In this document: positions 10,531 through 23,300 of the stretch, piece by piece
Position numbering within the stretch: the first letter of the stretch is position 1
How the letters are laid out: each line of letters begins with the position of its first letter
Assembly: GCF_037042905.1 (NCBI RefSeq)
Contig: NC_087252.1
Coordinates: forward strand, 9,984,001 to 10,048,000
Length of the DNA: 64,000 nucleotides
Direction: 5' to 3'
From: Lytechinus pictus
Taxonomy: Eukaryota
Made by a program: the position numbers and the translations under genes
The notes under the pieces: model-generated
Seen by the model: only the letters and a program-made list of their open reading frames with translations
The model's database searches: none
Told to the model about the DNA's origin: nothing

Positions 10531-13500
10531 ATGGTTAATAATTTTTCAACCATTTCTCATGATATTTGCCACAGACAAAAGTCTTGAGGTGAAGATGTGC
10601 AAGACACATTTTTGCATGTGTCGGAATTTGTGTTGCCATGGTAACAGTATATTATGGCAAAAATTATGTAAAAATCTTGCAGTTCCAACTACTTCCTCAG
10701 TTTTTAACAAATTCTGATGAAATGTGGCACAAACATTAGTCTTGATGTGAAGATGTGCAAAATATATTTTATGCCTTTATAAAAAAAAATTCGTGTTGCC
10801 ATTGTAACAAAAAAAATAACAAAAATTAGATGAAAATCTTGTGATTTGAATTACTTTATCAGTTTTCAGCTGGTCAATTCTCCTAAAAATTTGGCACACA
10901 CATTAGTCTTGAGTTGCAGATGTCTAAGACATATTTTTGCCTGTATCATAAACTGTGTTGCCATGGTAACAACATTATTTTACGAAAATAAGGTGAAAAT
11001 CTTGTAGTTCTAACTCCTTCATCTTTTTTCAACCAATGCTCATGAAATTTGGCACACACATTAGTCTTGAGTTGAAGATGTGCAAGACTATTTTTGTCTG
11101 TATCAGAAATCGTGTTGCCAAGGTAACAGCATCATGAAATTAGGTGAAAATCTTGTGGTTTGAACCCTTTTATTAGTTTTCAACCAATTCTTATAAAAGT
11201 TGGCTCACACATTGATTTTAAGGTATAGATCTGCAAGACATACATTGAAAAATGTGTTGCCATGGTAACAGCAAATCAAATCAATAGATGTGTAAACAGC
11301 ATGATGTTGATTGAACTACTTCTTCATTTATGACATTGGCCTATGTGCTCATGAAATGTAGGTTTTGAGCAAAAATAATCTGCAAGACACATTTTCTCAT
11401 TCATCAAGTCAGATATGTGTTTGTATGGTAACTACATACGCCAAAATAAGATTAAGACAATGGTCAATGCTAACTTTTGTTTGGTTACAAAGTCAGAGAA
11501 CTACATGTAGCTGTGGGCTTAGTTTAATTTTTTATTTTATTTATTTATTTTTTTGGGGGGAGCTATACCTCTACTCTAGCTCTCGAACTACAGCCCCTAG
11601 CTTTAGATCTAAGCGTAGATCAAGATCCTTTAGTCCTAGAAATAATCCAATGCTAGATCCCTAGCCTACTTCCTTTTCAGGCCTAACGTTAGATGAGTAG
11701 TGGAAGTAGGCCTAGACTAGATCTAGCCTACATTTACTATTTTTTTATCTAGAATCTACATTGAGATTGAGTCTACAAGTAACTAGTCTAGATCTAGACC
11801 TATATATATGCACCTAGATTAATATAGATCTAAGTACTTTAGTCTAAGTCATTTAGTTTAGATCTAGGCCTAGGTTAGAGAGATTTCTAGATCAAACAGT
11901 AGACTAGATCAGCCAGTCCTAACGTTAGGGCTACCGGCTAGGCTAGGAAAAGAATCTAGAATGAATAGAAGAAAGCACAGGCTAGGCTGCGTAGATCTAA
12001 ATTATTATAAAACCTAGGCCCTAGTCTAGACTGAGCTGTTTTAGGCCCGTTTTCTAGTCCTGGAAACCTAGATCTAAACAAGTCCCACAAATTTATAAAA
12101 TAAAAACTCCTCCAAACAAACAGATGGACCTAAAAGTAACAGGAGTAGATCTAGATCTACATAGATGTCTAGACTAGGACTAGTATAGATCTAACTTTTA
12201 GTTTAGCCTGTAGTTGGCAAGCAATGCATATACGCTAGATCTAGCACTGTAGACAGGAATAACCATCGTTTCTGGGAATTTATTTAAAAGTTTTTTACAT
12301 TTACTGTCATATCACATTGGTGAGACTAGGCCAACGTAACGTTACCGTTAGACTGTCGAGTGTTGTACTCGTACTTGGCGGAACAACCAAAAATACAGTC
12401 GGAGACTGAACTTAAGCTTTTACCTCTAAGTCAGAACTATTCTAGACCTACATGTAGATCTAGATAGATCTATCCCTGTCCTATGGCTAAGCCAGGCTAA
12501 GCCCTGAATGTTCTAGGCCTAGACCAATATAGGCCTAGGTCTAACGTTAGATCTACTCATCTAGGCATATGTAGCTTCAGTCTCAGTTGCTCCACTACGG
12601 CACTGGACTAAAGTTACGTTTTGCTTCAGCCTAAGTTCAGAACTTCAGGAAAGTAAAAAAGTCAAAACAATGTTCAATTCTCCTCCAAACAGACGGATGT
12701 TAGTTGTAGATCTTGGGCCTAGGCTAGATCCAGGCCTAATGTTTGAGCCAAGACTAGTCTTAAAAGTTACAAAAGTTTTCCCTTAATTTAGGTCTACTTC
12801 AACTAAAGTTAGAATAAGATGTCGAGAGGAATCTATTCACTTTAGATTTTGACAAACTAATACATGAAAAGTAATAAATGGGACTGATACACAAAAAACT
12901 GTGTAAGTCACTCGGTTTTGGATTGAAATGTTTCGGTAATTAACAAAAATATAGATAATTTGAATAAAAAATTATTACCATTTATGGGTGATGAATGCTC
13001 TTCTTTTACTACAATAGTTGTAATTAGTTTCCATAATATCAAAATTTTAAAGAAAAAACAACTTTAGTAACATTTTTTTTCAACTTTTTTGCAGTCACCC
13101 CTGCAGCGGTAATTTACCCAAATGTTGCTAGTCTTGGTCAAAAGAGGCTGATTATTTCCCCAAAAATTAAACCCGGGTTTAACCCAGGTTTAGTTAAACC
13201 TGGCTATCGGAATACCAAAATAATTAAACTACACTTAGACCAGCGGTGAGGTTTAGAGGAGGTTTAGTTAAACCAGGGCTTACTTTAGACTAGGGTTGAA
13301 TTAAACCTGCTATCAGAATACGGGCCTGTTAGTTTGAAAACGAGCACATGGATTTTGAATAAAGTGCAGCTTAAAGTCGACTTTTTTTAATTTTCGAAAA
13401 GATTCACGTCTTTTGAAGATTTTTTTTTTTTTTTTAAGTTTATCCATCATTCTTGTCAAATGAGGGCCCTGCTAACTCCAAATATATATAGTTTGCCAAT

Positions 13501-14729
13501 TAAAAGATAATCTCCTACTTTGGTATCTACTAAGTTATATATCCTGAAAGTTTGATGCAGTTTGATGCGATATTAACAGAGTAAAGATAATTTTAACTCA
13601 TTTGGTGAAATCTTGAGGTCTAAGAGAGGTGTAGTTCTGTTGATTGCGCAACATTTCAAATCATTCAAATACGTCGACTTTGAAGTCCCGTAGAAAAAAA
13701 ATAAGCACATGAACCTTTTTTTTTTGCATTTCCATAATGCATAAATACCAAAGTAACTATTTGCATAATTCGGTGAAAATGACATGGACTTCAAATTAAC
13801 CGTGGAACGTCCTTTCTCTCTCTCTCTCTCTCTTATCCAATGTCAAATAATTTTCAGCATTATGTTAGTTTGATTTTTCTCTATTGATTCAAATTCAAAA
13901 TTTTCTGAGGTAGACTTGACCTTGTGTGTGGTCTCTTATTGACTGTGTGTTATTAATGAATAGTCTTAAAATATACGTTTTCAGACATATACTAATACTA
14001 CAGAGAATAAATTGACCTATAATTATAGAGAAACTATGTTTTTTTTTTGCTGCTTGGTAACATACGTTTTGTGGTATAAAGGTATTGAGTAGTTAATTAG
14101 CATGTTATCATTCAAGTGGGTCTGTATTACTGGACTACACTAGCATTATGGGTCAGGAAACTGGCCAGGTATGAGTAGTTGAGGACTCGAGATGGCGCTA
14201 TTGGTTCGTATCTGCTTTATTATCAATTTCATTTGTAATCATTTAAAAAAATGTTTGTAATCTCATTGATATTGTTATATTTATTTGTTTTATTGCTTAT
14301 TGATTGTATACATGCAAATAATCTTTATTTATATGAATTGTGATTGTAAACTTATTGATTTGAAAGAGGAAGATAATAAAATATTGTTTAAAAAAAATAT
14401 TATTTATTCTTCTACTTTTACTATAAACTTTTCGTCGTGGCAATCCTTCCCTTTAAATGATCTCGATTATCAAATTACTTATTCCTTTATCTATTGTACC
14501 CTGAATTATACTCGTCTGATTTCTGGCACCCGATAATACACAGTTATAACCTAATGGAGACATCATTTTTTTCTTGAAAATTCATAAATAGCGAAAACAA
14601 AATTTTTTTTAGCTGATATCATATCACTGATCCAAAATAACATTTGACCTTGATTTCTTAACTAGAAATTTAATGTATCTCTTTAACGATACTTCATAAA
14701 ACAAATAAAAAATAATAATCAATCATTAA

Positions 14730-15163
14730 GGCCCGAATTCACAAAGGTGGTTTTGAAAACCCACGGTTGAGTCCATGGTTTACTGTATGCGGATTTCCTG
14801 TATAAATTACGCTTAATTTAGCGCGTATCGGGCGCGTGTATAAAACATGTCCAATGCTGGTGCGCGCTTTTGTCACAGTGCGCCAAATTGACGCCTATTG
14901 CCGTGGTTATTCGCGCTATTTTATTCATGAGTCCACTGTTTTTATTCATGAGTCCACTCTTCAAACAGTGGGCTCATGAATAAAATGGCGTATATAACCA
15001 CAGGCGTCAATTTGGTGCACTGTGACAAAAGCGCGCACCGGCATTGGACATGTTTTATACACGCGCCCGGTACGTGCTAAATTAAGCGTAATTTATACAG
15101 GAAATCTGCATAAACCATGGACTCAACCCTGGATTTTCAAAACCACTTTTGTGAATTCGGGCC
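14730..15163. mobile_element. Tourist/Harbinger-like palindromic MITE
   Basis: TIR GGCCCGAATTCACAAA...TTTGTGAATTCGGGCC, with almost the whole 434 bp forming an imperfect palindrome. TAA TSD at 14727-14729 and 15164-15166. Confidence 0.92.
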
Positions 15164-15232
15164 TAAAAGTTGTTGATGTTGATCCAACAAATATACACGT
15201 ATAACAACAAAGGGAATGGCGTCCGTCCTTAC

Positions 15233-15493
15233 CTGCGTAGATATGGATTTCAACTGGGGTGGGCAATTCCAATACAAGAAATATATCATTCTCAGGTACA
15301 TCAACATTATATAGTCCATTATAATTGTTGTCCGTAAAATAAAAATCCTCGAAATATTTTGCTACGCCAAACGGAGCGAGATCAAGTGGATGCTGCGTTG
15401 AATTGATAATACGGAAAAAGCCTTGTTCCATGGTCTCTAGGTTCAGAAAGTTAATGCTGTTTTCCGTGATATCGGCCCAGTAAAGTAATTGCT
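15233..15493 (-). CDS. YWTD beta-propeller gene, coding exon 5 (LYWAD, FYFTD repeats)
   Basis: Acceptor ctctcaacag|AG CAA TTA CTT TAC TGG GCC GAT; donor GCA G|GTAAGG; 261 nt, phase 1-1. Encodes EQLLYWADITENSINF...PFGVAKYFEDFYFTD...PVEIHIYA. Confidence 0.88.
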
Positions 15494-16419
15494 CTGTTGA
15501 GAGTATACAGGAATGAAAGTATAATTTTCTCAGCTCTTCGTTTTGTGTGCTTAAATGGTGTTCAACGCTCGCATGTACTGCCACTTCATAGCATACATGT
15601 ATACACCATGCCCATATCTTGTGTATATTGGCAAAGTGTACAGGCTTTAAACGTAACTTCTGATGGGAAATTGAGCACATTCTAGAAATCCAGTTTCCTT
15701 TTTTTTATTTATTCATCTTTAGTTTTGATTATACAGGGTCGCATTGTCAGGTTCAGACCTGATTTACACAACGGCTCTGTCCGCATAACATAGAGTTTTG
15801 TTCTAATTTGTATAATTAAATCAGTAATATTTACATAATCAGTAGCACAATTACATATCCACACATATGCACGTCTATATTAAATTTTGTACGTTTTAGG
15901 TCATTTATTGTACCAATTGTGACTATTAAATATCAAGGTTGTCCACCTGAAGATATTTCAATTGAATTAAATTGTGTTATTAATGTTTGAAGAAAACAAA
16001 TTGGTAGGAATTGACTTACACTTACATAATAGTTTATGGTTTGGAAACGAATCAAAATTATGTTCCGATCGGCGATATTTAGATCATATTTTGGGACCCA
16101 CGGCCCAAAAATTAGCTGCAAACACACAACCAAAATGACCGATGCCTTTGTAATGGGTAAACAAAATTCCTTTTCTGAATTTTATAATTCCTTTTATGAT
16201 TTTTATTGGCCCTTTTTTATGAGATGGGGGAGGTTTTATAGTGTATACGTATATCGTCTGTGATATCATAAAGTACATGTAACACAAAAAAAAGTCCATA
16301 ACTCCGCACGTTATTCTTTGGTAGATTTTCATCAAAACTTCACCCATATTTTTTTTCCTATTATTTTTGTCCCCATTAGTTCAACTTTAAATTAAAGGTG
16401 AATTTTCCCTTCAATATAC

Positions 16420-16559
16420 CTGTAGAATCCAGGCAGATGGCAGTTGGGTCAGCAAACGGATACTCCACTTCGTCATCAACGAGTGTCTCACGTTCTGTCC
16501 CGTCTGGATTGGCCATTTCAATCTTGGAGTATTGCCCGTGGTCAGTCCAGTAAATCTTC
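16420..16559 (-). CDS. YWTD beta-propeller gene, coding exon 4
   Basis: Acceptor ttatacag|G, donor ACA G|GTATAT; 140 nt, phase 2-1. Encodes RKIYWTDHGQYSKIEMANPDGTERETLVDDEVEYPFADPTAICLDST; not in the ORF track. Confidence 0.9.
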
Positions 16560-16731
16560 CTGTATAAGTAAACAGAAAGAAGAATTTGACCGGATTTTAA
16601 CTATCAGGAGGGGGGGGGGGGGCAGATAATGCAAATCGCAGTTTGAATCTGCGGATGTCATTGTAGGACAGACAAATGTCAAATTTACTCAACAAAGTTT
16701 AGGCCAACTCCCTGAAGACTAGTCGTAAAGA

Positions 16732-17530
16732 AGCCCCAATTACATATAGACACGGATCCTCAAGGATCAACACGACAATGTCGGCATGATCCGGGGAGGT
16801 CCGGGATCGTTTTGTCCCGGATTAAGCGTCGACGAGCGTTGATGACTGTACACACGGCATCTTTACACGGACCATACTGGCAGAGCACGTCGTCTACTCG
16901 GGTCATCAGGGCGTCAACACGGCCCAACACGTCAGCTACACGGACCAACACTGCAGACGGCAGAGGAAACTCTGCTATAAAATTGAGCAGATTTTTGTTT
17001 CTGTTTACTTCATTCTTTTTCTCATCGTCGTTGCGTCAACATCTTGCTTTCTAAGTGAACTACAAAAAAATATATCCAGACTCTAAACTTCCTGAAACAG
17101 TAAAAACGCTGATTTATTTTTTTATACAATGTATTTACTATTTTAAAGTCGTTGTTAAGTGCTTAAAATCTTAAACAACAAAGTTTGATTTTGAATATTC
17201 AATCTTGAATAAAATAAAGCATATCTATGTCAAACTGTTTAACAGCTACTGGAAGTTCATAAAGAAAACGTTGTAGCGTTGTATAAAATTGATGTGAAAA
17301 AAGACACGGACTGCCAAGGATACTCAGGCAGCTAACACGACAGTCCTCGGATGACACCGGATGTGGCTGCCAAAAACTGCGGTGTTGGCCTCCCGGACGT
17401 TCAAGGACCAACACAGACCTACTCAGACCTCCACGGACCTCCAAGGATACCCAAGGCATCAACACGGATCTCTCCCTGGACCAATCTGGATCAGATCCGG
17501 GATTGCCCGGTGTTTATATGTGACTGGGCT
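16732..17530. mobile_element. TIR MITE (Harbinger-like), copy 1
   Basis: Ends AGCCCCAATTACATATAGAC and GTTTATATGTGACTGGGCT; homologous to the adjacent copy 2. Confidence 0.7.
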
Positions 17531-17544
17531 TTAGATGTGTGTTA

Positions 17545-18038
17545 AGCTCAGTCACATATAGATCCCGGACCATCCCGGATATTATCCGGGGTGGACCGGG
17601 GAGAGATCCGAATATTTTGAATAATCAATCTTAAATAACTTAAACATATATTTATGTCAACTGTTTAACAACTATTGAAAAGTTCATAAAGTAAAACAAC
17701 GTTGCATAACATTGATGGGGGAAAAAAAACAGATTGCTAAGGATACTCCAGGCAGCTACACGGCAACTACACGGACCTACACGTCAGCAACACAGACCAA
17801 CACGTCAGCTACACGGACCAACACGTCGGCTACACGGAATGCTTGTCTACCCGGCAGTCCACAGATGACGCCGGATGTTTTTGACAGTCAAAAACTGCCG
17901 CAGTGGCCTCCTGGACGTTCAAGGACCACCACGGACCTCCAAGGATGCCCAAGGCGCAAACAAGGATCTCTCCCCGGACCACCCCGGATCAGATCCGGGG
18001 AGGTCCGGGTGGTCCGAGGTCTATATGTGACTGGGGCT
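17545..18038. mobile_element. TIR MITE (Harbinger-like), copy 2, shorter derivative
   Basis: Ends AGCTCAGTCACATATAGA and TCTATATGTGACTGGGGCT. Internal 21-bp units ACACGTCAGCTACACGGACCA. Confidence 0.75.
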
Positions 18039-18105
18039 TATAATAAAGCGGAATAGCACGATTATAAACTCAGGTACTAAATAGACAATGTATCATAGAC
18101 AATAC

Positions 18106-18271
18106 CTGCGAAATGTTGAATACACGATTGCATGAGGGTAGGCATTAAATCCCGTTAGGATGAGGACCACCCTATCTGTGCCATCAAGGTTTGACATCTC
18201 GATGACGTCACGATATTGATCTGTCCAGTAGACCTTCTCATCGTCAAGATTCAGAGCTATTCCATACGGAT
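18106..18271 (-). CDS. YWTD beta-propeller gene, coding exon 3
   Basis: Acceptor cattacag|AT CCG TAT GGA; donor CGC AG|GTATTG; 166 nt, phase 1-2. Encodes DPYGIALNLDDEKVYWTDQYRDVIEMSNLDGTDRVVLI...PHAIVYSTFR. Confidence 0.92.
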
Positions 18272-18389
18272 CTGTAATGGTCAAATAGTCATTCTCAAGA
18301 GTCAGTTTCGGAAAGAAAACAAATTCTAGAAAGATTGAGAAGAGATTTTTCGAGGTACTTTGTTCGAACTAATAAACTAGATTTCCAGC

Positions 18390-18597
18390 AATGGCGTGTT
18401 TCCCTTAAGCAAGAAACTTATCCACATTGTGGCGCACTCGACCCAGGACAGGTGAATAGGTATCCGGCAGGGTTTATTGATTGAATGCATTGGTCGCTGA
18501 AAGGGCTCGAGCTAAAGCCTGGCTTATAATAATGCGGCTCAGAAAATATCATTTTTAGACGCGATACAAATGTCTATTATTATTATTATTATTATTA
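18390..18597 (+). mobile_element. 5'-truncated SINE (same body as 63419-63670) with (TTA)n tail
   Basis: AGCAAGAAACTTATCCACATTG..GCACTCGACCCAGG matches the body of the 63.4-63.7 kb SINE and ends in TATTATTATT. Confidence 0.7.
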
Positions 18598-18599
18598 CG

Positions 18600-20330
18600 T
18601 TTAGGTTGCTATACAGATGGAATAAATATGAAGAGTGTTCTTTACGACGCGTACATAGATATCTCTGCCAAGGATCATGAGATAATGCTAAGGGCCAATG
18701 AAGTTATTGAATACAATAAGTTCTCCATCACCAGCAATCTGCCTGCAAGAGATGTCATCATGAAGAGCGAGAACAACAAACGGAAGCTGGCAAGCGTACT
18801 GAGTACCTTCAGTCTAGGCATAGACCTAGTAGTATGTCCATTGTCTAGGGTAGCATACGACAATGGAGACACTTGATGATGGTGTGTTTGCTCATTATGA
18901 GGTAGATATCACCATTTAATCTCCGTCTTGCAGCAAGCTGTGGTCAGAAGGTGATTCGTGTGCTTAGCGATGGCACAGACGATTTTGTTCTCCTTGTCTA
19001 TTGGGGTTATCAGGCGGATATATAGTGCAAGGTACAAATGAAGCGGTGAAATGATATAGTACTGGACATAAATGCAACCTATGTTGACCTGGGACCAAAG
19101 TGTTTGCAATTGCTTGGTGTTCATGTCCTTAGTGGAAGCGACACGAAATCATCCATACGGTAACAGCAAGATAAGTGCACTAAACACACTACTTGCCGAG
19201 GATTGTCTAGGTTTGGCCAATAATGGAAAGGTAGGTACCACTCCCAAAGATATGGTGCAAGCAGCAAAACCCTTCTTTCTTGCTATGTATGGCTATCAAC
19301 CAGACCTGTCTATGGAGTCAGCCCGCTTCGTTCGCCCTCTTCGATCATCAAAGAGAAAATGAATTCTAAAGTAATGGCCCTGCCTCCAACATATCATAAC
19401 CTGTTGCTGCATGTGCTTTGAGCTCATTTGGTAGCTGTTGAGCCTCGTTTAGATCAGGATGGCGAAGACTGCTTCCCGAACTAGTTCAAATTAGAAGTAT
19501 GTTATGTTTTTACTCAAAGGCTTTACAAATATACAATTTCGTGACAGATTTTCAACAAATTGTGAGACACCGAGAAATAATAAGTGAAGAGAAAGGTTTG
19601 CTGCTGATTGAACCTTTCCAAAATGTTTCAGTCTCCCAAAAGTGATATCAGTTATTACTTTTTTTTCGAGCTTGGGACTTTCAGCCATCTTTCAATACAT
19701 TATAGGCCATTTACGCGGAAGCAGACCATCTACTGAAAAAGAGAAAGATTTACAGAAATGAATTCTACACACCACCCCAAACGCCTTATGAGATGTTATC
19801 TAGTACTCTGGGATTAGTGATTCAAAAGCTCATGTGTCCGAGATGGCATCTGGTGGCCATCTTAAATTAGGCCTGAAGATGATCAGATATTTTAAAAGTA
19901 ATAACATAAATGGATTCAACCCACACCCCCCCCCCCAAAAAAAAAAAAAAAAAAAAAAAAGAGGTATTGATCATTATTCTGCATGGGCAAAGTGCTCAAA
20001 ATTTAATTTCTGAAGATAGCGTCCACCTAGCGGCTATCTTGGATTTAACCTGAAGACCACCTTATATGACAAAAATGATTATAGAAATGGGTTCTACGCA
20101 CCCCCAAACCCCCTTATTAGAGGTATTGGTTATCATTTTGTGGCAAGGGATTCAAAAGTTCAGTTTTTAAGACGGTATATGGCGGCCATATTGGATTTAT
20201 GCAAATTAGCATAATTACCGTTTGAGCAACCGAGCTGAATTAGTTCTACGACCTTATGCCAACACGAATCAAGAAAAAAAATCATCGGAAAGGATATTTC
20301 TTGGTCCGTGATAATATGTCAAATCGGCTA
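18600..20330 (+). mobile_element. Decayed Academ-like (XPG/PIN-fold nuclease-encoding) DNA transposon, right part
   Basis: Frameshifted motifs AHYEVDIT (HEEADT-like), VLSDGTDDFVLLVYW, HVLSGSDTKS..YGNSK (H3TH, GCDT..GKGK-like) and LPPTYHNLLLHVL*AH at ~18890-19430. Subterminal ATGGC..GGCCAT repeats and a CTA terminus at 20328-20330. Confidence 0.6.
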
Positions 20331-20347
20331 ATATTACTCGTTACCAC

Positions 20348-23300
20348 TAACGAACGTAGAGGGCGTGTTGCTCTAAAGAAGGTCAACTCGGCTCGAATTT
20401 TGTGACCATTGTAAACAAATAAGGTGGGTTTCGGGGAATTTTGTAGAGTTGATTTTTTTTTTCATTTTTTAATTTCTAATATTTTTTTAAAGGACTAGTC
20501 CACCCCAACAAAAACTTGATTTGAATAAAAAGAGAACAATTTAACAAGCATAACACTGAAAATTTCATCGAAATATATTGTAAAATAAGAAAGTTTTGAC
20601 ATTTTAAAGTTTCATTTCATTTCACAAAACAGTTACATGCACATCTCGGTCGGTATGCAAATGAGAGAAGTGAATACATCATTCACTCACTATTTCTTTT
20701 ATATTTTATTATATGAAATATGAAATATTTAGATTTTCTCGTCATTGTCATGTGAAATGAAGTTTCATTCCTCCCTGAACACGTGAAATTCCATTATTTT
20801 AACATTTTGTGCTTCAGGTAAAGAGGTCCTAATCGTTAAATTCGTAAAAATTGAAATATTACATAATTTAAACAATAAAAAATGAAAGAAATAGTGAGTG
20901 AGTGACATCATCGACTCTCTCATTTGGATGTAACTGGCTCGTTCATATAACTATTTTTTTAAATAAGCGAAACTTTGAAATGTCATAACTTTCTTATTTT
21001 ACATCAGAATTTGATGAAATTTTCAGTATTGTGCTCGTCAGATTTTCCTCTATTGATTTAAATCAACTTTTTTCTGAGGTGGACTTGACTTTTAATGAAT
21101 TTTTTTTAGATTGGTTATTCTGGGTTATAATATTAAACATGTGACTATCATTTTTAAAGAAAATATTTAGTGTAAATAATCAGGATTTTGACATTTTTCC
21201 TCACTTTGGAATATTAAGTCTATGACGAGGATACCTCTGGTCTGTTATTTTCTTCTTCTAGATTTCGCTGCACCACTAATAAATGCATAGACAACCACCT
21301 TAATAATCGAGGTCATTTTTCTGGCCTGGGTGCGCCGAGTCTGGGCCGGTCGCGTAGCTAGCTAGTGACGTTGATGATGCGCTGGGGCTTCAGGCGACTC
21401 GTCATAGACCTTCTAGCAACATAGACAATTACGTCTAATTTACCTGGCCTGATTTGAGGTGCAATGGCTTCAGAGCTGATGTTTATCAACGATGATTGTT
21501 CAAGGTTAGATTTCAAATTTTACATGTCATTTGACTTTTAAGTCTATAAATCTGAAATGAAGGCGCTGTATCCCCGAAATCCGGCTCTAAATTTCAACTC
21601 CGAGTCGAGACCATGGCATGGACGGCTAAAAAAAAAACATGCATCGGATGCATTGCATTGGCTGCGCTGTAGCTGCACAGCCATGCTGTGTCGAAGGTCG
21701 ATCGAGCAACCAATCATCCAAAGCCAAATTAAAGCTTAAATAAACGGCCGTCGATCCACATTTTCCCTGGTTTTCTTTAATAATTTCCAAGAAAAATCAG
21801 CAAATTGAGGCAAACTGATTGCAATGTTACATCATTTGGCAAAGAGTACCATCATCGTTTTGCGTTAGACCTAACACAGTAAGTTAGGGTAGATCTAATT
21901 AATACGAATTACTACTATTAGGGCTGGGGCCAGATTATACTTCAGTTTCTGAATTGGAGCAGAAGTTGATTTGGTTAACAGCATCCATATCTTAATTTGA
22001 CCAATGATTCTCTGCAATCAATGTTTAAAGACTTTTACATAATTTGTTTACCATATTGCAAATTGTAAAATTTCCTGGGCTTGGCCGGCAGAACGCATAA
22101 CTTTACAAAAAACATTTTGAGAAATTCGAAAGCAAAAGAGCAAAGTGACTGAGCTTGTGATTATATGCATTTTCTAAAGTGAATTTCATGTATAACGTTA
22201 GGCCTGACGGTTACTTGTCAACCATATAATCTTCTAGATCTAGACTCAAGGAATTTACCTTGTAGGCATACGGACTAAAAAAAATCCTAACCACCTAGCC
22301 CATGTAGGCTGGCCTTAATTGGACCTAACCGAGCATCGGGGCTAATTGCATGGACCAACCCTCAAATGGTCTAGGTTTAGGCGTACATAGGCTAAAGACA
22401 GGAGAAATCCGTCTGTTTTTATTCATTTTTTTATTATTATTTTTTTCGTTTTGCATATCTCCTACTAACAAGTCGTAGTAGATTCTACCAGCGCTAGATC
22501 TAGATCTACTTAGATATCCAGTGTGGAACAACTTCTTCAACAAACAAATCGAGACTGTTCAAAGCTTTTGTCTAGTTAGACTAACAAAGTTAGATCTTAG
22601 ACTTGGGTTTATCGATCAACATGGTCAAGATTTAATAGATGTAGACTTCACTTATTAATGATTGGAATGTAGATCTAAATTTAGAAGTTTTGGGAAAATG
22701 CTGAAAATAAATGATCACATAGTCATAGATAGATGTACGTTAATCAGTTTTTTAATACCCATTGGTATTGCTGTCGGTACTTTATTCATAAATATAAAAA
22801 TAAATACGGTAAATAAATTAATGAATAACAGCCTACTGCAGATAAATGCTGATCGACGGGTTGCTGGTCGCCACGTCGTGTTCCGCCTAGCAGAACAAGA
22901 CCAGTGCTAGACTAGAGGTTGAGATCTAAGCAGACGACGGAGCATAAGTAGCTAGAGTGATGATGGGTTCAGCGAAGAGCTCAGAGAAAATAAGGTCATA
23001 TTCAATCCCGAAATGCTTTGCGAGTGGTCATTAAATCGTCTCAGTGCAAATCACCTAATACAGCCGTCTGGTGAAATCGCTGATAACAACAATCACCGAT
23101 TTGGTAATGATTTTAGTTTCTTAAACTTATATTTGTAAAGGTTTAACTATCAATCTATGTTTCTAAATCTATATGTAATTCCATTGGTATAATGTTATGT
23201 TATTTTTGATATCGTTGTAGTCATATCCTATTATTTCGCGATCGCTACTTATTTTTTGTTGCATTTGATCGGCGTTTGATTGCGTTGGCATGAAAGATAA

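Larger units (their letters stand above)
9134..10537 (-). mobile_element. 5'-truncated Penelope-like retroelement (GIY-YIG end, 3' UTR and hammerhead)
   Basis: Minus-strand GIY-YIG coding frame at 10081-10530 and hammerhead motif at 9150-9188. Apparent 7-bp duplication ATAATTT at 9127-9133 and 10538-10544 within a host subrepeat. Confidence 0.85.
8405..13326. mobile_element. PIF/Harbinger-like non-autonomous element
   Basis: TIR GGCCCGTATTCTGATAGC / GCTATCAGAATACGGGCC plus longer imperfect inverted subterminal similarity. Flanking trinucleotides TAT/TGT. Removal restores the host subrepeat CTTTAGACAC-T.T-TAGTTTGAAAACGAGC. Internal ~135-bp units contain GTGTTGCCATGGTAAC. Confidence 0.8.
6982..13814. 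mobile_element. Outer TIR DNA transposon (non-autonomous) hosting nested insertions
   Basis: 18-bp TIRs AAGGACGTTCCACAGTTA (6982-6999) and TAACCGTGGAACGTCCTT (13797-13814) match 17/18. Internal ~220-bp subrepeats containing AAAACGAGCACATGGA continue on both sides of the 8405-13326 insertion. Confidence 0.75.

Noticed and set aside
10225..10587. 120-aa plus-strand ORF
   Set aside because: Antisense shadow of the minus-strand GIY-YIG frame.
14452..14550. Next or terminal coding exon of the propeller gene (GYNCVLSG...)
   Set aside because: Phase-compatible acceptor but a weak pyrimidine tract and no recognisable domain; kept only as a candidate to test.
15123..15680. 185-aa minus-strand ORF as a single-exon gene
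   Set aside because: Only 15233-15493 has propeller character and splice sites; the remainder is intron or MITE read-through.
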